Assembly: GCF_046119375.1 (NCBI RefSeq)
Contig: NW_027362761.1
Coordinates: 571,826,001 to 571,890,000 of the forward strand
Origin: Phyllobates terribilis
Taxonomy: Eukaryota
DNA: 64,000 bases
Direction: 5' to 3'
Shown here: piece after piece, positions 1 to 11,547 of the stretch
Numbering within the stretch: the stretch's first letter is position 1
How the letters are laid out: every line of letters begins with the position of its first letter
Program-made: the position numbers and the translations under genes
Notes under the pieces: generated by a model
Told to the model about the DNA's origin: nothing
Seen by the model: only the letters and a program-made list of their open reading frames with translations
Databases searched by the model: none

Positions 1-20
1 AGCATGCTCGCTCATCATTA
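1..20 (-). mobile_element. Terminal inverted repeat of a hAT-type element (body lies left of the window)
   Basis: Reverse complement TAATGATGAGCGAGCATGCT resembles the termini at 29219 (TAGTGATGGGCGAGCAC) and 10510 (TAGAGATGAGC). Confidence 0.5.
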
Positions 21-495
21 ATGCTGATTCACTTCTCATGGACAAGTCGTGAGTCGGGATAGTCAAGAAGTTCAAGGTCAAAAGCCAAGATTCTACGTCA
101 TAAACAGAAGGAAGAGACATAGTCTTTGTTAAGTAACGGCTCAAGGTCAAAATACCAGGAAGATAGCGGATCAGAACAAAGGGGTTAAACAGATGGAGGG
201 TCAGAATGAGGTCAGGCAATGAAAGAGCAATTAACAGAATACAAGGCACAGAGAGAAAAACCAAACAAAAGCTGAATGTACTCTGGCAGAGGTCTGGGAG
301 TAACAGCCCGGTTAAGTAGCTGGGCAATCACATGAGACAGGGAACACCTTGAGAAAGCCAGCACCTCCCAGTCTCAGTTTGGACGGTCGAGCTGTCCCTC
401 AAAACACTGACATCTCAGCACGCCCCTGCACCAGATCGGACGGCGGAGCCATCAGTAACTGCATCCCAGACACACTGAGGGGTGGAATCATGACA
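21..495 (-). mobile_element. Solo LTR-like element, same family as 27358-27814
   Basis: On the minus strand it begins TGTCATGATTCC at 495 and shares GCTC(C/A)GCCGTCC(G/A)ATCTG...GGGGCGTGCTGAG(A/C)TGTCAGTGTT with 27390-27445. Confidence 0.5.
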
Positions 496-609
496 GCAAT
501 ACTAAGGAAATCCTGAAAACATGACCTATTGGGTGCCGTGAGGACTGGAGTTTGGGAAACACTGGTCAAGAGGCACAATGTACAGCCAAACAACAATGCT
601 AAGTGATAA

Positions 610-1130
610 GCAGAATTGCGTATATCAGGAAGCAGAATGTAGAAGCAAAAAAGCAGAGTTCATCAATGTAGCAGAGCTGGGTATGTCAGTAAGGCATTAT
701 AGAGAAATGGTGCAGCTCAGATAAAGTCTTGAAATGAGAGTGGGAAGTTCAGATTATGAGGAGGTTTGTCTAAGATTATTAAAAGCATGGAGAGCACAGT
801 GTAGAGTTTATCAGCCGAGATGAGCAATGTAGAAGAGCCCAGCGATGTAGCAGAATTGTGTCAGGAAGCAAAATGTAGAGCTAAATAGCAGAGTTCATCA
901 ATGTAGCAGAGTTGGATATGTCACTAACACTTTCAAGAGAAATGGTGCAGCTCAAGAAATACTTAAAAGAATGGAGTGGAAATTTCAGATTATGGGGAGA
1001 TTTTTCTTAGATTATTAACAGCATAGAGGGCATGGAAGTGTTGTAGAGACAATCAAAGATCTGTAGTGTGGACAGCTTTATGGCTGAACGGGATAAGTAT
1101 ATATTGTATTCTGTGTGGATAGGAAACCAT
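610..1130 (-). mobile_element. Two diverged tandem copies (~240-bp period) of an L2 LINE ORF2 3' fragment
   Basis: 611-790 and 851-1030 are diverged direct repeats. The minus strand reads ...CTTCCCACTCTCATTTCAAGACTTTATCTGAGCTGCACCATTTCTCTATAATGCCTTAC, matching the L2 C-terminal 'SHSRLQDFSRAAPFLWNALP' pattern. Confidence 0.5.
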
Positions 1131-1140
1131 TGCAATGGTT

Positions 1141-1167
1141 ATTATTATTATTATTATTATTATTATT
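1141..1167. repeat. (ATT)9 microsatellite
   Basis: Directly visible. Confidence 0.95.
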
Positions 1168-2037
1168 TACATACTAATTGTAACAAAACAGCTTTATATG
1201 TTTTGTTTTATGTTTATAAATTATGTTGATTATTTTTTCATGATTAATACTGTATATTTGGGTTACTATTTACTATAATATTACTAATTATCATTATTAA
1301 TTATTATTAGCAGCATATGTCGCTGGCTGCAGATAAAACAGCATCAGAAAAGCCGTAGCCAAGTTAAACATTTATACCTTGCAGAGAAATATTAAAAAAG
1401 TTGGCGATAAGAAGGAAAAATTCACCTGGGGAGTTGTAGTCTCGGCTCACGCTTGTGCAGGAATAACCCGGTGAATTATAAATATACATCAATTATTAAA
1501 AGAATCTGCATGTCATACAGCACACACTATTCCCACCTTGGTTGGCAGTTTTAAGTACATCGCTTTATTACAACTTCTAAGAGAAAAGCATGCTGTGATA
1601 TCCCGGCTCCCGGTATTATCTGTGCACTAACCTCTGAGGAAGTGGAGCTGCCATATTTTTCTCATGCGTCTTAAGCCACAGGTTTAATTCCCCGGTGTGA
1701 TCAGGTGTTTTTCTCTCCGCCATCTGTGTGCTGCATCTCAGCTGCTTTTATAACATGTGTAATGTAATGAGAGTTGCTGCTTTTTCAATTACGCTAAGAT
1801 TTTTATCAGAATATTTTCTACATTGTTTTATTCAATTCTGTAAATATGTTCTCATAGATTCTCCTGTTTTGTGCTTTATTTTATTTATTTATTTTTATTG
1901 TTTTGTTTTTTTTTGCTGATAATTCTCCATGGTCTTTTAAGCTTTGTACTTCACATTTTTTTTTAATAAGTGTTGATAATTCTTATCTCCGCTTGCTACA
2001 CAATAGGGCATATTTATAAGTAATGCCTAATTCTTAA

Positions 2038-2660
2038 GGCCCCGTCACACTTAGCGACGCTGCAACGATCCCGACAACGATACGACCTGTCAGGGATCGT
2101 TGCTGCGTCGCTATGTGGTCGCTGGGGGGCTGTCAAACAGGCAGGCTCACCAGCGATAAGGGGAGCAGGACATCGTGGAAAGAATCTTTCCACGATGTCC
2201 TGCTCCTGGTTACCAGCCTGCTGAAGCAGGAGCAGGCTGGTAACCATGGTAAACATCGGGTTACTAGGGGCACGCGCGCACCTTGTAACCCGTTGTTTAT
2301 CATGGTTACCACTCTGCTACAGTGAGCGGGAGGTTACCGCTCACTTTAGCAGGCTCGTAACCATGATAAACAACGGGTTACAAGGTGCGCGTGTGCCCCT
2401 AGTAACCCGATGTTTACCATAGTTACCAGCCTGATCGCTGCTCCCGCTTGTCACACACAGCGATGTGTGCTGACCAGCTGGAGAGCAACGACCAAAAAAT
2501 GGTCCGGGACACTTTGCAGCGATCAGCGACTTCACAGCAGGGGCCTGATCGCTGCAAAGTGTCACACATAGCGACATTGCTGGTAAGGTCGCTGTTGCGT
2601 CACCAAAACCGTGACACAGCAGCGATCTCACTAGCGATCTCGCTATGTGAGATGGGGGCT
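2038..2660. mobile_element. Palindromic TTAA-targeted MITE (T2/Kolobok-like)
   Basis: TTAA|GGCCCCGTCACACTTAGCG at the left and CGCTATGTGAGATGGGGGCT|TTAG at the right. There is internal dyad symmetry around ~2330 and no coding capacity. Confidence 0.75.
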
Positions 2661-3504
2661 TTAGAGAGTGTAGACTAAAGCCCCCCCCCCATACACAATA
2701 GATAGCTGTTGACTGATCTATTTTTCGGCCGATGGTTTGCCGGGTAGCTGTCGCTCCTGACTCTTACATACACAGAAGCACTGTGCTCTGCCGATTGCTC
2801 CTATGTTCTCTATAAGACAGCCCCTGATGTCCTCCCCTATCTGACGCATATCTCCTGGAGATCAAAAAGATCAGCAGTCCAAAATTGGACATTCCAGATT
2901 CTTATCTTCCTCAACATCAACTGAGCCGATATCTAAATCTGCGCATGCGGCGCCTCCTATGGAAGACCATCGGGAGGCCAACTTGCACATGCTCCGGCAC
3001 CGGTGGGGAAGACCGCCAGGAGATGAATACACGCAAGAGCCACGAGTGACGAGGACGACACCAGCATGAACTTTTAAAAAGAAGGCAGATACAGACACCA
3101 GTGGCAGTGAGCATATCAGGGCAGAGCCGAAAACCCTACCCACAGTCCCACCCTTGTGCACCAAAACGTTATCACCCCCAAACTTCAAATCCAGGATGTG
3201 GATTTCTTCACTAAATATATCTATTTAATCTGTATAACAGCGCCATTATAGCCATGCCTTTACTCTAACATGCAAAATCTTGATGACGGGTTCTTTTTAT
3301 ATTTAATTCATGTTGTTTCTTATAGTATTTTATATATTTCTTTGCTCAGATTTAAAGTGTTTTTTCAATACTTTTACATTGATGACCTATCCTTAGGATA
3401 AGTCTTCAATATTGTATTGGGGATCCAACCCCCGACACCTCCACCGATCAGTTGTAACAAACTGTAGGGGTGGCTGGATGTTATCATTGTTTAGAGCATA
3501 TTAA

Positions 3505-4039
3505 AGGGGTTGTCCACTACTATTTAAAATATGCCATAGCGTTTTTAAGCTGAAAAGCAGCTTCTTTTTAATTAGCTCCCTCTGCCTTTTCTGCCTGTGA
3601 GCGGCGCTATCACTGACCGCTCACAGGCATCACGTGACCCCCCCTGCAGCCGGCGCTGACAAGTCCAGGCTGCTGCTGGGGGTACTCACTTCTGCGTTCA
3701 ATGGTGGCTGCTGGGTTGTGGGCGGGGTTACCCCAGCGCGTCACACCCGGCATCCACCGCGCGCTCTGCCGTTCCCCATTCATTAGGAAAGCACTCGGTG
3801 GATGCTGGGTGTGACGCGGTTGGGTAACCCCGCCCACAACCCAGCAGCCACCGCGGGGACCCCAGCGCTGAGTCACAGCTCAATAGATGGGACGTCAGCA
3901 CTGGGGTCACGTGATGCCTGTGAGTGACCAAGGATAGCGCCGCTCACAGGCAGAAGAGGCAGAGGGAGGTAATTATAAAGAAGTTGCTTTTCATCATAAA
4001 AACGCTTTGGCATATTTTAGATAGTAGTGTACAACCCCT
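3505..4039. mobile_element. T2/Kolobok-type MITE, near-perfect ~535-bp palindrome
   Basis: TTAA|AGGGGTTGTCCACTAC...GTAGTGTACAACCCCT|TTAA. The arms pair over more than 130 bp (e.g. CTGCCTGTGAGCGGCGCTATC / GATAGCGCCGCTCACAGGCAG). Confidence 0.9.
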
Positions 4040-4094
4040 TTAAACTATATATCTATTCTAGAGTAATTATTTAAATATCTATTCTAAAGTAATT

Positions 4095-4214
4095 ATCTAT
4101 CCATCTATCTAGCGTCTATCTATATCTATCTATCTCTCTATCTATTATCTATCTATCTATTATCTATTTATCTATCCATCTATCTATGATCTTTCTGTCT
4201 ATTATCTATCTATA

Positions 4215-4247
<33 letters not shown>

Positions 4248-4346
4248 CAGTATATATATATCTATCCCTCTATCTATCTATTATCTATCTATGCATCTAT
4301 CTATATCTATCTATATATCCCTCTATCTATCTATCTATCTCATCTA
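4095..4346. repeat. Degenerate (TCTA)n microsatellite, continuing at 5978-6030 after the Tc1 insertion
   Basis: TATC/TCTA runs on both sides of the transposon. Confidence 0.9.
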
Positions 4347-5977
4347 CAGTACAGACCAAAAGTTTGGACACACCTTCTCATTTAAAGATTGTTCTGTATT
4401 TTCATGACTATGAAAATTGTACATTCACACTGAAGGCATCAAAACTATGAATTAACACATGTGGAATTATATACTTAACAAAAAAGTGTGAAACAACTGA
4501 AAATATGTCTTATATTCTAGGTTCTTCAAAGTAGCCACCTTTTGCTTTGATGACTGCTTTGCGCACTCTTGGCATTCTCTTGATGAGCTTCAAGAGGTAG
4601 TCACCGGAAATGGTTTTCACTTCACAGGTGTGCCCTGTCAGGTTTAATAAGTGGGATTTCTTGCCTTATAAATGGGGTTGGGACCATCAGTTGTGTTGTG
4701 CAGAAGTCTGGTGGATACACAGCTGATAGTCCTACTGAATAGACTGTTAGAATTTGTATTATGGCAAGAAAAAAGCAGCTAAGTAAAGAAAAACGAGTGG
4801 CCATCATTACTTTAAGAAATGAAGGTCAGTCAGTGCGAAAAATTGGGAAAACTTTGAAAGTGTCCCCAAGTGCAGTTGCAAAAACCATCAAGCGCTACAA
4901 AGAAACTGGCTCACATGAGGACTGCCCCAGGAAAGGAAGACCAAGAGTCACCTCTGCTTCTGAGGATAAGTTTATCCGAGTCACCAGCCTCAGAAATCGC
5001 AGGTTAACAGCAGCTCAGATTAGAGACCAGGCCAATGCCACACAGAGTTCTAGCAGCAGACACATCTCTTCAACAACTGTTAAGAGGAGACTTTGTGCAA
5101 CAGGCCTTCATGGTAAAATAGCTGCTGGGAAACCACTGCTAAGGACAGGCAACAAGCAGAAGAGACTTTTTTGGGATAAAGAACACAAGGAATGGACATT
5201 AGACCAGTGGAAATCTGTGCTTTGGTCTGATGAGTCCAAATTTGAGATCTTTGGTTCCAACCACCGTGTCTTTGTGCGACGCAGAAAAGGTGAACGGATG
5301 GACTCTACATGCCTGGTTCCCACCGTGAAGCATGGACGAGGAGGTGTGATGGTGTTGGGGGTGCTTTGCTGGTGACACTGTTGGGGATTTATTCAAAATT
5401 GAAGGCATACTGAACCAGCATGGCTACCACAGCATTTTGCAGAGGCATGCTATTCCATCCGGTTTGCGTTTAGTTGGACCATAATTTATTTTTCAACAGG
5501 ACAATGACCCCAAACACACCTCCAGGCTGTGTAAGGGCTATTTGACCAAGAAGGAGAGTGATGGGGTGCTACGCCAGATGACCTGGCCTCCACAGTCACC
5601 AGACCTGAACCCAATCGAGATGGTTTGGGGTGAGCTGGACCGCAGAGTGAAGGCAAGAGGGCCAACAATTGCAAGGCATGTCTGGGAACTCCTTCAAGAT
5701 TGTTGGAAGACCATTTCTGGTGACTACCTCTTGAAGTTCATCAAGAGAATGCCAAGAGTGTGCAAAGCAGCCATCAAAGCAAAAGGTGGCTACTTTGAAG
5801 AACCTAGAATATAAGACATATTTTCAGTTGTTTCACACTCTTTTGTTAAGTATATAATTCCACATGTGTTAATTCATAGTTTTGATGCCTTCAGTGTGAA
5901 TGTACAATTTTCATAGTAAAGAAAATACAGAAAAATCTTTAAATGAGAAGGTGTGTCCAAACTTTTGGTCTGTACTG
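4347..5977 (+). mobile_element. Tc1/mariner transposon, DD38E (Intruder-type), full length, copy 1
   Basis: TA|CAGTACAGACCAAAAGTTTGG...CCAAACTTTTGGTCTGTACTG|TA; 268-bp TIRs (4347-4614 and 5710-5977); 1631 bp long. Confidence 0.95.
4761..5814 (+). pseudogene. DD38E Tc1 transposase pseudogene
   Basis: HTH N-terminus with GRPR, then WSDESKF, QQDNDPKH and SPDLNPIE with 38 residues between the second D and E. It has a +1 frameshift near 5355 and an in-frame TAA at 5482-5484. Confidence 0.93.
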
Positions 5978-7473
5978 TATCTATCTCTATGAATCTGTCT
6001 ATCGATCCATTATCTATCTATCTATCATCTATGAGTCAAAAGGCAAGGATCAGGATTTGTAGTTTCCTAATGGTTGAGATGAGTTTGTCATCAGCTGCTG
6101 CTCTCTGCATTGGGATGGCTTTAATGCTTTTTTGATCAAAAAAATGTCAACTAAGTAACCTATATTTTTTACATGTGTTACTATTTCGTTACTTTCCACA
6201 GTGTTTCTACACTTTGCTTTTGTTCTAGGTTATATTTGTCTGTTAATGACCACAGTGTGCATGTTCACCTACACATCACACTTACTACTAAAGGTTGTGG
6301 TTTCCCTTTTTTTTGTTTTTTTTTTATTTTGTTTCAATTACTTGTCCTCAGTACATTTGATGAAGCAGCTGCCCCCTTTGGCTTTGGACCTTAACCTTAT
6401 ATATTCAGCTTTCCACGTGCAGGTGCGTCCTGCACTGTCCCAGCCTATTTTGAGGGCTGCTAGCACAAGCGAGATCAGCTATTAGACACAGGTACCATGC
6501 TGATTGGATACATCTCTATGTAGTAGAAAGGCTTTTACGCTTTTTTCAATATATAAAAAAATTTCAATTAAGTACCCTATTTTTTTTTTACTATTTATTT
6601 ACTTACTAAAGGTTTCTATATGTTGTTTTTATTCTAGGTTATATCAGCATCTGCAGTGACTTAGATGACAAAGTTCACCATACTGAGAGCCTAAGTCAAT
6701 ACTTACGCAGAGAGCAGCAGCCAATGGCAAATTCATTTCAACTGCATAGGAACCTGTGGTGCAGATCCAGATTAATTTAATCATCTAGATTATTAGAAAC
6801 TGGGCAGGCACTCACTGAGCCCCTGTGCCTCTACAAGAAAAATCGGCAGTGCTTGTAAGTGGGCAAAATTTTGAGAAAAATGGTTGACACTACTCATGGG
6901 ATGGAAGACAAAACGACAGGGCATATTGTCTCATAAGATTCCTAAAATGGGTGATATTAAAGTTACTTTAAATATGCAAATGTATAATGGGTAGAGTGCA
7001 ACATGGGACAGTGCAAAAGATTTCTTCCTGTTCTGCTCATTCACAATGTTAGTCCTTTGCATTGCTGCGCGACTTTCTCCCTACCATCTCGACTCAATGA
7101 TATAACCATTCCCACTGTTATAATCACAAGAGCCCACGCTACCAACATGTCAATAGATGTGAGAAATTTAATTATATTACACATTTTTATATAGAATTAA
7201 TTTTTCAGTGCACCATCTGTTACTCAGGGTAAAGTGAAGACGAAATCTCAGAAATTGGGAGATATGAGATATTTCATGACAAATGTGAGAAAATATAGAT
7301 ACTTATACAGGAAACGTTATATATAATGTATATCCTCCAAGCAACATAATGCCATAAAAATATTCAGTATTTTATTTTCTATAAATTTAGACCCATTTGT
7401 TCTTTCTCGTTGCATCCAAACAATTCTATATAATTCCAGAAATGGAAATAAATGTATAATCACTTTTTAAAGT

Positions 7474-8017
7474 TTAACCCCTTTGCCTCGGAGGCTGTTT
7501 TCACTTTCCTGAATTTTACAATTCTGGCCAGTGTCACTTTATGTGGTAATGTGTGGAATGCTTCAATGAATCCCAGTGATACTGAGATTGTTTTATGTGC
7601 ACTTTGTACTTTATGTTAGCGGTATATTTAGGTCTAATTTTTTTGCGTTTATTTGAGAAAATATAGAAATTTTTGCAAAAATTTTCAAAATGTCGCAATT
7701 TTCAAACTTTAAATTATTATATCCTTAAACCAGTTAGTCACGCTGTACAAAATAATTTATAAATAACATTTCCCATATGTCTACTTTACATCTGCATCAT
7801 TTTTTAACTATAATTTTTTTTTTATTAGGAAGTTAGAAGGGTTAAAAGTTTATCAGCAATTTCTAATTTTTTCAACAAAATTTACAAAATTGTTTTTTTA
7901 GGGATCACATCATGTTTGAAGTGACTTTGAGGCTCCTATGTGACAGAAAATACCAAAAAGTGACATTATTTTAAAAACATCACCCCTGAAAGTGCTCAAA
8001 ACCACAATCAAGAAGTA
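7474..8017 (-). mobile_element. piggyBac terminal (3') segment, interrupted by Tc1 copy 2
   Basis: Starts TTAA|CCCCTTT and is a diverged reverse complement of the piggyBac 3' end at ~17290-17838 (shared AATAACATTTCCCA(T/C)ATGTCTACTT and AAAACCACA(A/T)TCAAGAAGT). Confidence 0.85.
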
Positions 8018-9572
8018 CAGTACAGACCAAAAGTTTGGACACACTTTCTCATTTAAAGATATTTCTGTATTTTCATGACTTTGAAAATTGTACATTCACA
8101 CTGAAGGCATCAAAACTATGAATTAACACATGTGGAATTATATACTTAACAAAAAAGTGTGAAACAACTGAAAATATGTCTTAGATTCTAGGTTCTTCAA
8201 AGTAGCCACCTATTGCTTTGATGACTGCTTTGCACACTCTTGGCATTCTCTTGATGAGCTTCTAGAGGTAGTCACCGGAAATGGTCTTCCAACAATTTTG
8301 AAGGAGTTCCCAGAGATGCTTAGCACTTGTTGGCCCCTTTGCCTTCACTCTGCGGTCCAGCTCACCCCAAACCATCTCGATTGGGTTAAGGTCTGGTGAC
8401 TGTGGAGGCCAGGTCATCTGGTGTAGCACCCCATCACTCTATTTCTTGGTCAAATAGCCCTTACACAGCATGGAGGTGTGTTTGGGGTCATTGTCCTGTT
8501 GAAAAATAAATGATGGTCCTACTAAACGCAAACCGGATGGAATAGCATGCCGCTGCAAAATGCTGTGGTAGCCATGCTGGTTCACTATGCCTTCAATTTT
8601 TAATAAATCCCCAACAGTGTCACCAGCAAAGCACCCCCACACCATCACACCTCCTCCTCCATGCTTCACGGTGGGAACCAGGCATGTAGAGTCCATCCGT
8701 TCACCTTTTCTGCATCGCACAAAGACTCGGTGGTTGGAACCAAAGATCTCAAATTTGGACTCATCAGACCAAAGCACAGATTTCCACTGGTCTAATGTCC
8801 ATTCCTTGTGTTCTTTAGTCCAAACAAGTCTCTTCTGCTTGTTCCCTGTCCTTAGCAGTGGTTTCCTAGCAGCTATTTTACCATGAAGGCCTGCTGCACA
8901 AAGCCTCCTCTTAACAGGTGTTGAAGAAATGTGTCTGCTGCTAGAACTCTGTGTGGCATTGACCTGGTCTCTAACCTGAGCTGCTGTTAACCTGCGATTT
9001 CTGAGGCTGGTGACTCGGATAAACTTATCCTCAGAAGCAGAGGTGACTCTTGGTCTTCCTTTCCTGGGACGATCCTCATGTGAGCCAGTTTCTTTGTAGC
9101 GCTTGATGGTTTTTGCAACTGCACTTGGGGACACTTTCAAAGTTTTCACAATTTTTCGAACTGACTGACCTTCATTTCTTAAAGTAATGATGGCCACTCG
9201 TTTTTCTTTACTTAGCTGCTTTTTTCTTGCCATAATACAAATTCTAACAGTCTATTCAGTAGGACTATCAGCTGTGTATCCACATGTCTTCTGCACAACA
9301 TAACTGATGGTCCCAACCCCATTTATAAGGCAAGAAATCCCACTTATTAAACCTGACAGGGCACACCTGTGAAGTGAAAACCATTTCCGGTGACTACCTC
9401 TTGAAGCTCATCAAGAGAATGCCAAGAGTGTGCAAAGCAGTCATCAAAGCAAAAGGTGGCTACTTTGAAGAACCTAGAATATAAGACATATTTTCAGTTG
9501 TTTCACACTTTTTTGTTAAGTATATAATTCCACATGTGTTAATTCATAGTTTTGATGCCTTCAGTGTGAATG
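8018..9572 (-). mobile_element. DD38E Tc1 copy 2; 5' TIR truncated at 9572
   Basis: TA|CAGTACAGACC TIR at 8018. The opposite TIR stops at ...TCAGTGTGAATG, about 80 bp short of its end. Confidence 0.93.
8181..9233 (-). pseudogene. DD38E Tc1 transposase pseudogene (350 codons, in frame)
   Basis: No frameshift. It carries two nonsense codons: TAG at 8439-8441 and TAG near 8262. Confidence 0.93.
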
Positions 9573-10509
9573 AAAAACGAGTGGCCATCATTACTTTAAG
9601 AAATGAAGTCAGTCAGTGCGAAAAATTGGGAAAACTTTGAAAGTGTCCCCAAGTGCAGTTGCAAAAACCATCAAGCGCTACAAAGAAACTAGCTCACATG
9701 AGGACTGCCCCAGGAAAGGAAGACCAAGAGTCACCTCTGCTTCTGAGGATAAGTTTATCTGAGTCACCAGCCTCAGAAATCGCAGGTTAACAGCAGCTCA
9801 GACTAGAGACCAGGTCAATGCCACACAGAGTTCTAGCAGCAGACACATCTCTACAACAACTGTTAAGAGGAGGCTTTGTGCAGCAGGCCTTCATGGTAAA
9901 ATAGCTGCTAGGAAACCACTGCTAAGGACAGGCAACAAGCAGAAGAGACTTGTTTGGGCTAAAGAACACAAGGAATGGACATTAGACCAGTGGAAATCTG
10001 TGCTTTGGTCTAATGAGTCCAAATTTGAGATCTTTGGTTCCAACCACCATGTCTTTGTGCGACGCAGAATAGGTGAACGGATGGACTCTACATGCCTGGT
10101 TTCCACCGTGAAGCATGGAGGAGCAGGTGTGATGGTGTGGGGGTGCTTTTCTGGTGACACTGTTGGGGATTTATTCAAAATTGAAGGCATACTGAACCAG
10201 CATGGCTACCACAGCATCTTGCAGCGGCATGCTATTCCATCCGGTTTGCGTTTAGTTGGACCATCATTTATTTTTCAACAGGACAATGACCCCAAACACA
10301 CCTCCAGGATGTGTAAGGGCTATTTGACCAAGAAGGAGAGTGATGGGGTGCTACGCCAGATGACCTGGCCTCCACAGTCACCAGACCTGAACCCAATCGA
10401 GATGGTTTGGGGTGAGCTGGACCGCAGAGTGAAGGCAAAAGGGCCAACAAGTGCTAAGCATCTCTGGGAACTCCTTCAAGATTGTTGGAAGACCATTTCC
10501 GGTGACTAC
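9573..10509 (+). pseudogene. DD38E Tc1 copy 3, truncated at both ends
   Basis: Starts at about codon 10 (AAAAACGAGTGGCC), has a 1-bp deletion near 9608 and WSNESK in place of WSDESK, and is cut at GGTGACTAC by the hAT terminus. Confidence 0.92.
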
Positions 10510-11547
10510 TAGAGATGAGCGGTGTTCAAATCGAACTGTTCGCCAATCTCAAATTCGAGCTGTTTTGGGCGCTGTTCGAGCCGTTCGACGAACCAGAACG
10601 ATTTGAAAAAAATTCGGCTGTTTGAGGTTATATTCAATAACTGTTCGTGCACCAAAATCGTAAGTGGATTTTTTCACAGTAATGCTGATAATCAATGCTA
10701 ATACACAGTTTGAGTGTACAGCGGGGCGGGGGGAGGGTCATGGGATGGATCTCTGCAGAAATAATGAAGATCTTTTTTTTTTTGTCTTTCCCGCATTTAC
10801 AGTGGGGAGGTGCAGTCTGTCAGCCTATCAGCAGCGCACACACGAAGCGAAGTGCTTTTTTTCACACAAGCAAGGGCATGTGTCATTGGCTGTGTATGTC
10901 ACATGTCCTTGCCCTATAAGACCCAGCCATTTTCCCTGTCGCCACCATTTTCTCACTGCTGCAGCTGAGTGTTAGATGGCACCGCTGCTGCTGTGTGCGC
11001 GCTATACAGTATAACTGTGTGAATTGCAAGCGAATTTTATCTGAAATAGACAGATAGCTTGGGAGTAGGGACTAGTTCTAATTGCAGCTCTTTTGATGGC
11101 TAGGTTGCAGCATTTCCTATGACTTTTAGCAGGCAGGTCTATGCTCTTAAATAGACAGTTAGGTTGGGAGTAGTGACTAGTTGTAATTGCTGCCCTTTTT
11201 GAGGGCTAGGTTAAATCAGTTCCTATCACTTTTTGCCAGGCAGGTCTGTTTTAGTGCTGTGCAAGTGTTTTTCACAGCATTTGGCTAAATCTAGCTAAGC
11301 AAATCCTTTTGGCCTCTTGCAGTGTGTGTTAGTCAGTGGAGTAGCCTATCTGTGTTGCAAGCTAAACCACCTGTGTATGTAATACAAATTTTTTACTGCA
11401 CCTAGCCAAGTAAAACCTTTTAGACATATTAGCAGTGTGAGTTAGTCAGTGGAGTACCCTATCTGTGTTGCAAGCTACACCACCTGTGTATGTATTACAA
11501 TTTTTTTACTGCACCTAGCCAAGTAAAACCTTTTTGGCATATTAGCA

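Noticed and set aside
1300-1800. Possible conserved non-coding element, or a minus-strand first exon (MYIYNSPGYSCTSVSRDYNSP|GTGAAT)
   Set aside because: Only compositional impression and one donor motif; not supportable without alignments.
2014-3931. Short ORFs on both strands over the MITEs
   Set aside because: They lie within GC-rich palindromic MITEs and mirror each other across the dyad.
6228-6780. Possible short plus-strand exons after TTCTAG / CCTCAG acceptors
   Set aside because: Donors are weak or absent, the peptides are unrecognisable, and the motifs appear locally duplicated.
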